DNA of 64,000 nucleotides from Myxococcota bacterium (GTDB lineage Bacteria; Myxococcota_A; UBA796; CAJQPC01): NCBI GenBank assembly GCA_036012755.1, contig DASCPX010000070.1, positions 79,034 to 143,033 of the forward strand, read 5' to 3'. Shown piece by piece: positions 25,985 to 33,837 of this stretch (position 1 is its first letter; each line of letters starts with the position of its first letter). The notes under the pieces were generated by a model. It saw only the letters and a program-made list of their open reading frames with translations, ran no database searches and was not told where the DNA came from. The position numbers and the translations under genes were made by a program.

Positions 25985-26706
25985 GCCACGACCTCGTGGG
26001 CGATCGTGAGCATGCCACTGAGATCGTTCACGTTGGTGGCGTCGCGCTGGCCGATGGCGGCGCGCACGCTGCCCTCGAGAGCCTCGCTCTCGGCGCCCTC
26101 CGCGAAGTCCAGCACCCACTTGCCACCGGCGACGTAGACATAGCCGAGCACTCCCGAGCTGCCCGAGAAGCGCAGGTGGGGCCTGGGCCGCTCGGACACA
26201 AGCTGGCTCTCTTGGACCTCCAGCTGCAGGGGTGTGAGCAGGCTGCCGGGCAGCGGCTCCTGGATCTCGTATCGAACGCGACTGAGCTGCTGGAGGACGC
26301 GGTATGCGCGCAGCGGCGGTCGCTGTTTGTCGAAGGGCTGCACCCTCTGGTCCAGGAACTGCTCTGCCTCGTGCAGGCAGAGCTTGCGCCCTCTCTCCGG
26401 CAGGGACGCCAGCACCGCCATCGCCTTCTTCTCTGCGTCGGCTGCGCTCATGGCCCGGCGCACGGGCACCGGTCCGAGGTCCCAGGCTCGACCCGCCTTG
26501 CGGTAGTGGTCCTGGAGCGCCACGAGAGCCCGCATCCGGACCTCGCTGATGTGCATCGCGTCGCCATGCTTGAACAAGAAGGGTGCGTCATCGTTCAGCA
26601 TCCCGACCATGGCGTCCCGGTCTTTTTTGAGCCGTCGGATGCCCTCGAGGCGCCAGTCCACGGCGTCGGCCTCGAGGAGCTTGTAGTCGTCTGGCATGTC
26701 ACTCAT
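25981..26706 (-). CDS. hypothetical 241-aa protein, candidate immunity/partner of the upstream giant protein
   Basis: ATG 26706 lies 8 nt inside the end of the 1408-aa ORF. Balanced composition, no signal peptide, no family recognised. Confidence 0.65.
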   Translation of the reverse strand: MSDMPDDYKLLEADAVDWRLEGIRRLKKDRDAMVGMLNDDAPFLFKHGDAMHISEVRMRALVALQDHYRKAGRAWDLGPVPVRRAMSAADAEKKAMAVLASLPERGRKLCLHEAEQFLDQRVQPFDKQRPPLRAYRVLQQLSRVRYEIQEPLPGSLLTPLQLEVQESQLVSERPRPHLRFSGSSGVLGYVYVAGGKWVLDFAEGAESEALEGSVRAAIGQRDATNVNDLSGMLTIAHEVVA

Positions 26707-29700
26707 TCATGTGCTCCAGCGCGTCCATCGCGCTCACGTCGCGACCCTCGAGCGCGGCGGACTCGTAGGCTCGCTCGGAGGCCTGGAAGCTGCGCTCGAG
26801 CTCGGTGAGGCCGTCACGGGTCGCCGAGCGCGTGCTCTGGGACAGCGTCGGGGTGCTCCCGGAGGTGGCCTCCAGCGGGATGAGCTCGAAGTTGTCGTGC
26901 CCGAGGATCTCCTTGAGCCGGGCGTGGAGGTCCTGCATGTTCTCCATCGGAGCGTAGGCCCGGACGAGCCGCTGGCGCAGATCGATCGGGTCGTAGACGC
27001 TGCCTTCGCCACCCAGCATGCCGTCGGAGCTGACGCCCGGACGGCCCCGGTGATTCAGGCCCTGGCCGTCGAACTCGAACAACACCGGGTAGTTGTCGAG
27101 CTGTCCCGGGCCGCCGAGGCGCCGCGGGCTACCCTCTGGCAGCGCCAGCCTGATGTCCATCTCCGAGCGCAGCTTGCCGAGCTGGGACTGGAACTGGTCG
27201 ATGTCGCGGCCGAACATCTGGCCCATGGGCCCGCCCATCTCGTTGTTGGGGATGCTGCCCCAGTTGTCCACGATGTTCTGGAGCCGGCGAATCTCGTCGT
27301 CGAGCTCGTCGAAGGTGTAGAGCTTGACGTTGTAGTGGGTGCTCGAACCGCCAGCGTCGGCGTATGCGAGCGCGGTCCCGAAGCCGGACTCGCCGCTGCC
27401 GACCGAGACGAAGTCCTTGCGGCCGGCCCGGCCGCTGAAAGCATCACCTTCTCCCGTTGCCTGTGTGACGTTGCTCTGGTGAAGGTCCTCTGCCGAGAGG
27501 ATTCGCCCTTGCGTCTCGTCGAGTCCGTCCAGCATGTCGCTGTTGGAACCGTGGTACATGGTCTGGTCGAAGTCGCCTTGGCTGGCCAGCTGTGCGACCC
27601 GCCGGGTGTAGTCGTCCATCGACTGGGGAATGAAGCCGTGGGCGTCGGTCAACGCCGCGCGAATCCGTGCGAGATCGTCTGCACCGACCTTTGCACCCAG
27701 ATCGTCGAAGATCCGTGCGGCATCGTCCATCCTGTTCGCCCCTAGCGCGGCGTCGGCGCTACCGATGGCCTGGACGACGTCCATCGACATCTCCTCCAGG
27801 TCGGCCCGGACGAGTCCGTGGCGTGCCAGGTCATCCATCAGGCCCGGAATACGCCTGGCCTCGACGAACGCGGACAGTGCCTCTGCGGGTCCACCGACGA
27901 TGCCGCCGGTGGCCGCGCCGATGCCACCGCCACGAAGGACGGCGACGCCGAAGCTGCAGACGACTTCCCACACAGACTGTCGCCAGATCTGGGCGTCGGC
28001 AGCAGTCATCACGATCTCTCCGACCACACCGCTGAGGAAGCCCTCGATCGTCCCGCGCAGAGCGCCGCCTGCGAAGTTCCGGCCGGCGTAGCGCGCGGCC
28101 GCGCCGGTGGTCTCCAGCGCACCGGCGGCCATCTGGCCTGCGAGTCCGGTCCGGCTGAGTCCGACGAAGTTCGAGAAGCGCGCAGCCAGCCCGGCGCTCA
28201 GGACGGCGGTCGCACCGTCAGCGAAGCCGGTGGCTGCGTCGACGGCGCCTTCGGAGCTGATCGCGTCGTAGTGGTCTCCGGCCATGAGCTCGGAGGTGGC
28301 GACCTTCGCGGCGGCACCGGCGACGCCACCGGCGAGGGCTGCTGCGCCCCACTGGGACAGGAGGGAGCCGACTGCTGGCCCTGCGCCGCCGCCTGTGAGC
28401 ACAGTGACCAGGATGCCGACCGCGATGGCGGCGACCATGCCCGCGATGTTGCGGATCATGTCGACTGTCTGGACGTGCTCCCGGTAGCGCTTGGCGAAGT
28501 TGGCATCCAGGGCTGCCAGCACTGCCAGCTCGTCGGCGGTGATCGCGCCGTCCTCCATCGCCTGGTTGTAGGCGGCGTCGAGCTGGACGGAGGCCTGGTC
28601 GCGGGTCTCGTCGGCGTCCGTGAGGCCGTCGGCCAGGGTGAAGGTCAGGAGTCCGGAGCCCAGGGCCATCTTGTCCTGCATGCGGTGGTGGAGGATGCCC
28701 GCGGCCATCAGCCGCCCCTCCTCGGTCTTGAGCTCCTCGCGGGAGGGCAGTCCGATGAGCTGGTCCATGGCCTGCTGCAGGTCGTCGTCCCCGAGCTCGG
28801 AGTCCATGCGCGCAAACAGCGCCTGGAACTCGCGCAGGCAGCGCTGCTGCTCCGGATCGGCTGGGGAGACCCCCTCTGACTGGAGCCAGTAGCCCATGCG
28901 ATAGGTGGCTCTCTCCTCCGGGCTCAAGAGCGCGAAGGTCTGGGCGATCATCTCGTCTTCTGTGCCGTCCCAGCTCCCGCCGAAGGCCCAGTCCAGGGCG
29001 CGGTCGGTGGGGATGCGGCCGGTCTCGGCGCAGGTCCGGAGCATGTCGCGCTCCTCGGACGTCAGCCACCCGCTGCCCATCAGCGTGCGCCAGATGGCTG
29101 GCCGCTCGCGGGTCATGCGGCCCCGGTCGTCAGATGACATGTTGCCGACGATGCGGAAGAGGCCCTCCTCGTCGGTGTCCATGCCGTAGTAGGCGTCCGA
29201 GAGGCGCTGCAGGTTGATGTCGTACTGCGTGCCCTGGGCGAAGGTCTCGGCCTCTGACTGCTCCGAAGTGTTGAGGTGGGTCAGGGCCTGCTGGACCTCC
29301 GCGTCGTTCCACAGCTGGTCGCGCAGGGTCTGGTCGCCGGCGCTGAGCCGATCGAAGGCATCGTTGATCGAGGCCTCGTCGTCGTTCCAGAAGCCGATCG
29401 CGTCGAGGATCTGCTGCTTCGCGAGCTCGAACTGGGAGACGCCGATCTGCGAGCTGAAGGCCTGGAACTCGTCCCCGCTGACGTCGCCGTGGAGGTCGCC
29501 GAGGAAGCCGCCCGAGACGTCGCCGTCCTCGTCACGCTCGACGGTCAGGAGGTTCGACTGGATGCCGCCGAGCTCTGAGAGGCGCTGCTCCAGCGCTGCG
29601 CGGTCCTCCTCCGACAGAGGCTGGCCGTTGGGGCCGACGTTGGTTCGCAGCAGGGCCTGGATCGTGCGCTCCTCGTTCGCCGAGCGCTGGGCGTGCTCGA

Positions 29701-30925
29701 TGGTCTCGGCGACCTCTTCGTCTTCCGTTCCCCAGCCCTCCGTGGCGAGCTTCATGCGCTCTTCGAGGGCATCTGCCTCCGAGCCGAGGCACATGCGGCG
29801 AACGCTGGAGCGCTCGCTGTGGTTCATGAAGTCGAACAGGCCCGGGTTCTCGTTCCAGATGCGCCGGCGATCGCCGACGTTGAGATCGAGCAGCACGCTG
29901 TAGACGGCCTGCTCGTCGTCGTTGAACCAGTTGTTCGCGTTCTGGATGCGCTCGAGCACGACCGGGTAGAGGTTGTCCGGCTGCATGATCTTCCGAGCCT
30001 GGTAGTACTCGGTATCGTTCAGGTATTCCTGGAGGAGGCGACGCACTCGGCTGCTGTTGGCGGCCGCTGCCAGCTGGGAGCTGCTGGCGCTCCGGAGCAC
30101 GTCGAGCATGCCCTCTTCGTCGCCGCTGTCCCACAGCCAGCCGGGGTCGACGTTGCTGCGCAGCCGGTCGTAGATCGACAGCTGCCGCCACAGGATCGAC
30201 AGGGCCTCGCGGTACTGGCTCGAGTTGCAGTACTCGCGGAAGTCGCTCTCGAGGTTGTGGCCGGTGATCTGGCTGTACTGGGCGCGGATCTCCTGCAGCA
30301 TCAGCGTGGACTGTCCGCGGATCTGACGCAGGGCTTTTTTCTCGTCCTCCGTCCAGTGATCCAGGAGGGCGTCCTTGATCTCGTAGGCCCGGCGCCGAGC
30401 CTCCTGCCAGGTGTCGGCAGGGTCCAGCTGGACCTCGGCCGAGGGAGCCTGCTGCACCTCGATGCCTCCACCGCCGGCGGCGTCGCCTGCCTGCCGGGAC
30501 TCGTGCTCGGCGGCGTCGTTGACCGAGGACTGGGTGCCCGGGGTCCCGGGCCCGAACTCGTGCTCCTGGACGAGGTGCGTGACCTCTCGGATCACCTGGG
30601 CCTTGTCGGGGTTGGTGTCCGCAAAGACCAGGACCGTGCCGCTGGCTGCAGCGCTGGCGCCGCGCCGATCCATCTCCGCGTCCTGGCCGAGGTAGACCTG
30701 GACGTCGGACAGATCGATGCCAAAGAGGGCTTCCAGCTCCTCTCTGAAGGGCAGCGGGCTGGGTCCTCCTAGGACCCGGTCCTTCAGGGAGGACCCACCG
30801 CCGTCTCGCAGTCGCTCGGTCGCGAAGTGGTTGCCACGTGCGGCCTGGTTGCCGGGACCTTCGCCTGCACCGGTCCCGTGCTCAGCAGACCCCGACCTCG
30901 GGGACTGCTCACGTCGCTTTGCCAC
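26699..30925 (-). CDS. 1408-aa modular polymorphic-toxin-like protein: DUF4157 head, annexin-like repeats, Gly/Ala-rich hydrophobic region, C-terminal H-Y-E ART-like domain
   Basis: GTG 30925 preceded by AGGAG with a 5-nt spacer. DUF4157 signature PSPLPFREELEALFGIDLSDVQVYLG…GTVLVFAD…REVTHLVQE. Repeats of the type G(W/M)(G/D)TDE(E)… Details are in the findings. Confidence 0.85.
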   Translation of the reverse strand: MAKRREQSPRSGSAEHGTGAGEGPGNQAARGNHFATERLRDGGGSSLKDRVLGGPSPLPFREELEALFGIDLSDVQVYLGQDAEMDRRGASAAASGTVLVFADTNPDKAQVIREVTHLVQEHEFGPGTPGTQSSVNDAAEHESRQAGDAAGGGGIEVQQAPSAEVQLDPADTWQEARRRAYEIKDALLDHWTEDEKKALRQIRGQSTLMLQEIRAQYSQITGHNLESDFREYCNSSQYREALSILWRQLSIYDRLRSNVDPGWLWDSGDEEGMLDVLRSASSSQLAAAANSSRVRRLLQEYLNDTEYYQARKIMQPDNLYPVVLERIQNANNWFNDDEQAVYSVLLDLNVGDRRRIWNENPGLFDFMNHSERSSVRRMCLGSEADALEERMKLATEGWGTEDEEVAETIEHAQRSANEERTIQALLRTNVGPNGQPLSEEDRAALEQRLSELGGIQSNLLTVERDEDGDVSGGFLGDLHGDVSGDEFQAFSSQIGVSQFELAKQQILDAIGFWNDDEASINDAFDRLSAGDQTLRDQLWNDAEVQQALTHLNTSEQSEAETFAQGTQYDINLQRLSDAYYGMDTDEEGLFRIVGNMSSDDRGRMTRERPAIWRTLMGSGWLTSEERDMLRTCAETGRIPTDRALDWAFGGSWDGTEDEMIAQTFALLSPEERATYRMGYWLQSEGVSPADPEQQRCLREFQALFARMDSELGDDDLQQAMDQLIGLPSREELKTEEGRLMAAGILHHRMQDKMALGSGLLTFTLADGLTDADETRDQASVQLDAAYNQAMEDGAITADELAVLAALDANFAKRYREHVQTVDMIRNIAGMVAAIAVGILVTVLTGGGAGPAVGSLLSQWGAAALAGGVAGAAAKVATSELMAGDHYDAISSEGAVDAATGFADGATAVLSAGLAARFSNFVGLSRTGLAGQMAAGALETTGAAARYAGRNFAGGALRGTIEGFLSGVVGEIVMTAADAQIWRQSVWEVVCSFGVAVLRGGGIGAATGGIVGGPAEALSAFVEARRIPGLMDDLARHGLVRADLEEMSMDVVQAIGSADAALGANRMDDAARIFDDLGAKVGADDLARIRAALTDAHGFIPQSMDDYTRRVAQLASQGDFDQTMYHGSNSDMLDGLDETQGRILSAEDLHQSNVTQATGEGDAFSGRAGRKDFVSVGSGESGFGTALAYADAGGSSTHYNVKLYTFDELDDEIRRLQNIVDNWGSIPNNEMGGPMGQMFGRDIDQFQSQLGKLRSEMDIRLALPEGSPRRLGGPGQLDNYPVLFEFDGQGLNHRGRPGVSSDGMLGGEGSVYDPIDLRQRLVRAYAPMENMQDLHARLKEILGHDNFELIPLEATSGSTPTLSQSTRSATRDGLTELERSFQASERAYESAALEGRDVSAMDALEHMNE

Positions 30926-31348
30926 GTGTTCTCCTGGTGCATGACGGAAATGTACCAGCCCGAGCGTGATCTCGCCCGCCGATCTGAGCTTGGATCAGGG
31001 AGGGGCCGCGGGTTGGGATTCCCGCGACCCCAGAACGGTCCGTGCTCGAACCGCAGCGCCGGAACGCTTATGTCCTGAACTGCTGCATCTGGTGTGGCAA
31101 CCGGGCGTCGGCCGGGGTTCAGAGGAGGGGGAGGAGAGTGGCCTCGGGGGCCTGCGTCGACGAGGGGAGTGCGCGAGGGCGGTGTCGCACGCAGGCACAA
31201 CATATTGGGGGTCGAATCGGGTGGTCAACCCAAGACCTTGGGGTCTGGCTGAAAGCGGTGGGGGAGGGCGCTCGCGGCGATCGGTACCCGATCGTCGAGA
31301 CGATCACCCCCGCTCGTTCCGGGCCGTCGGGACGCTAAGCTGTCGCCC

Positions 31349-33079
31349 GTGGTCCTCTTGTTGCTGGCTTGCGAGCCCTCGCCCTGCGGGGTCGATCTGG
31401 ACGGAGACGGCTACGCATCCGCTGCGAGCTGTCCGGCTGGGGACGACTGCGACGACCTCGATCCGAAGGTGCACCCATCGGCCTCCGAGATCTGCAACGG
31501 CCTCGACGACGACTGCGACGGCTGGACCGACGATGTGGTCGTGGACTTCGACGGCGACGGCTACTACGCCTCCGGCTGTCCAGGCGGGAACGACTGCGAC
31601 GACCTCGATCCGGAGGTCCATCCGGGCGCCACAGAGGTCTGCAACGGCGTCGACGACGACTGCGACTGGCGGACCGACGACGTCGACCGGGACAAGGACG
31701 GCCACTACCCCATCGAGTGTGGCGGTGGTGACTGTGACGACATGGACCCGACGCGCTCGCCGGATGCCACGGAGGAGTGCTTCGACGGCATCGACAACGA
31801 CTGCGACAACTCCACCGACGACGAGGATCACGACGGGGACGGCTACTACTCCGACGACTGCGGCGGCGACGACTGCGACGACGACGACGACGAGATCCAT
31901 CCCGGCGCCATCGAGCTCTGTGATGGGATCGACGCCGACTGCGACGGCGAGGTGGGCGACGTCGACGACGACGGGGACGGCTACGGCGCGGAGTGGTGTG
32001 GCGGGACCGACTGCGACGACGACGACGCCAGCGTGAACCCCGGCGCCATCGACGACTGCGAAAACGGCGTCGACGACAACTGCGATGGCTACGTCGACGT
32101 TCGGGACACCGACGACGACAGCGACCAGCACCTCGACTGCGGGGGGCTGGACTGCGACGACCTCGACCCGACCGTCTCGGGCAAGTTCGACGAGGTCTGC
32201 GGGGACGGGGTCGACAACGACTGCAACGGCACCGCCGACGACGCCGACCTCGACCGCGACGGCGTGCTCGACGAGGCCTGCGGTGGCGGGGACTGCGACG
32301 ATCTGGACGAGCAGGTCCACGAGGGGCTTCGCGAGGTCTGCGACGGTGTCGACCGGAACTGCGACGGCTCGACCTCTGATGATCGGGACGGGGACGGGCA
32401 GAGCTGTTCCAGCGACTGCAACGACGGCATGCCGTTGATCTACAGCGGCCGCTCCGAGACCTGTGACGGCATGGACAACGACTGTGACGGCTCGATCGAC
32501 GAGGGTGTCGGCACCTGCGCGCCCTCTCTTCCCGGGGGCATGGACTTCGCCAACGGCGCCTCGGGCTGGGACCTGGACGGCTCCACCTGGGTCGTCGCCG
32601 ACGAAGCGGTCGTGGGGACCGGCACCGGCAGCGATCAGTGGCGGGTGGCGGCGTACACGACGGAGTTCCTCAGCCCGCCCTTCGTCTACGAGGTCGACGT
32701 GACCCGCATCGGCGGTACGGGCACGGGGGACATCGGCATCTACCTCTCCAGGAACGGCGGCAACGCCGACGGCTACTACCTCACCATCAACCACGACAGT
32801 ACGAAGGTCGAGTACGACATCGGGCGGCTGCTCAGCGGCAGCCCCTCCTCGACAACCGGCGAGGTCCACACCCCGGTCATCATGCCGGGCAACGACCTAC
32901 CCAACCGGCTCCGCATCGAGCACGACGGCAGCGAGCTGAAGTTCTACATCTCGGACCAGAAGATCCGGGGCTTCTCGGTCTCCAGCGACCTGGAGAAGGG
33001 CTACCCGGCCCTGATCTTCGAGGACCGCTCGGACGACTCGGTGAAGGTGGCCTTCGACAACGTCTACGTGGAGAACTGA
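31349..33079 (+). CDS. lipoprotein with ~9 MopE-type Cys/Asp 'putative metal-binding' repeats and a C-terminal concanavalin/LamG-like (DUF1080-like) domain
   Basis: GTG start, MVLLLLAC. Repeats DGDGY…CxGxDCDDxDPxxxPGAxExCNGxDDDCDG. The C-terminal ~190 aa form a beta-sandwich-like region (…LRIEHDGSELKFYISDQK…VAFDNVYVEN). Confidence 0.8.
   Translation: MVLLLLACEPSPCGVDLDGDGYASAASCPAGDDCDDLDPKVHPSASEICNGLDDDCDGWTDDVVVDFDGDGYYASGCPGGNDCDDLDPEVHPGATEVCNGVDDDCDWRTDDVDRDKDGHYPIECGGGDCDDMDPTRSPDATEECFDGIDNDCDNSTDDEDHDGDGYYSDDCGGDDCDDDDDEIHPGAIELCDGIDADCDGEVGDVDDDGDGYGAEWCGGTDCDDDDASVNPGAIDDCENGVDDNCDGYVDVRDTDDDSDQHLDCGGLDCDDLDPTVSGKFDEVCGDGVDNDCNGTADDADLDRDGVLDEACGGGDCDDLDEQVHEGLREVCDGVDRNCDGSTSDDRDGDGQSCSSDCNDGMPLIYSGRSETCDGMDNDCDGSIDEGVGTCAPSLPGGMDFANGASGWDLDGSTWVVADEAVVGTGTGSDQWRVAAYTTEFLSPPFVYEVDVTRIGGTGTGDIGIYLSRNGGNADGYYLTINHDSTKVEYDIGRLLSGSPSSTTGEVHTPVIMPGNDLPNRLRIEHDGSELKFYISDQKIRGFSVSSDLEKGYPALIFEDRSDDSVKVAFDNVYVEN
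31397..32500 (+). repeat. array of diverged in-frame Cys/Asp-rich repeat units (~35-45 aa each)
   Basis: Recurrent GACGACGACTGCGACGG-type cores are seen throughout. This is protein-level repetition inside the CDS. Confidence 0.8.
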
Positions 33080-33837
33080 GGCTTCCAGGTGTAGTCCTGG
33101 AACCCGCAGACCCGGCGGAACCCCAGGCCTGCGAGGATCGGGGCCGAGGTGTCCTCGAGCGCGACCACAGAGGCCTCCTCCACGTCTCGTGCGCGCAACA
33201 GCGCGAGGCGGTAGTCGACCATCGCCCGGTAGACGCCGCGGCCGCGGGCGTCGGGACGGACCCCGCCACCCATGAGGTAGCCGCTGCCCGGGGCCAGCAG
33301 CACGTGCGAGCTGCCGACATCGTCTCCGTCGATCGAGGCGATGACGTAGATCATCCAGCCGCTTCTGATGTAGCGGACCATGTCCGAGGCGATGCTGGCC
33401 ATGAAGTCGTCCGGCAGTGACCAGGCGGCGCCGCAGACCTTGGCGAAGCGCTCGGCGTCCTCTGCGCCGACCGTGGAGACCTTCACGTCCCCTGGCACCC
33501 CCTCGAGGGGCTCGGTGGCGCGGAGCATGCCCGCGGTGGCCCAGGAGCGCTGGAAGCCGGCGGCCAGGAGCAGCTCGCCCAGCTCGGCGGGCCGGCAGCT
33601 CGGCGTGACCGTCCAGCGGATGTCCGCCCCGGTCTCGCGATGGTGCTCTTGTGTGGCTCGGATGCGGAGCTCGCAGGCCCTGGGATCGAGCCGGCATCGC
33701 CGCACGGAGTTGTGGTTGCCGAAGAGGCTCGAGGGCGTCCGGTTCTCGAACCAGTCGGGCGTATCGAAGACCACGGTGTCCGGCCGCCGCCACGCGCTCG
33801 CGATGTAGGCGGCGACGACGACCTCGACGTCCGTCAA
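33064..33837 (-). CDS. GNAT-family N-acetyltransferase
   Basis: The C-terminal part of the 808-aa track ORF. Acetyl-CoA motif VRPDARGRGVYRAMV. The start is tentatively TTG 33837 (TTGA overlap with the upstream stop), and later GTGs are possible. Confidence 0.7.
   Translation of the reverse strand: MTDVEVVVAAYIASAWRRPDTVVFDTPDWFENRTPSSLFGNHNSVRRCRLDPRACELRIRATQEHHRETGADIRWTVTPSCRPAELGELLLAAGFQRSWATAGMLRATEPLEGVPGDVKVSTVGAEDAERFAKVCGAAWSLPDDFMASIASDMVRYIRSGWMIYVIASIDGDDVGSSHVLLAPGSGYLMGGGVRPDARGRGVYRAMVDYRLALLRARDVEEASVVALEDTSAPILAGLGFRRVCGFQDYTWKPQFST

Noticed and set aside
26699-30925. Assigning the toxin-like protein to a specific delivery system (eCIS, T6SS, T7SS-like)
   Set aside because: No sheath, tube, baseplate, VgrG/PAAR, Rhs or secretion-ATPase genes occur in the 64 kb. 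The link to a delivery machine cannot be made from this window.
31115-31167. G-run cluster as a potential G-quadruplex in the toxin/lipoprotein divergent region
   Set aside because: The loops between G-runs are 8-14 nt, longer than canonical G4 loops, and G-runs are common at this GC content.
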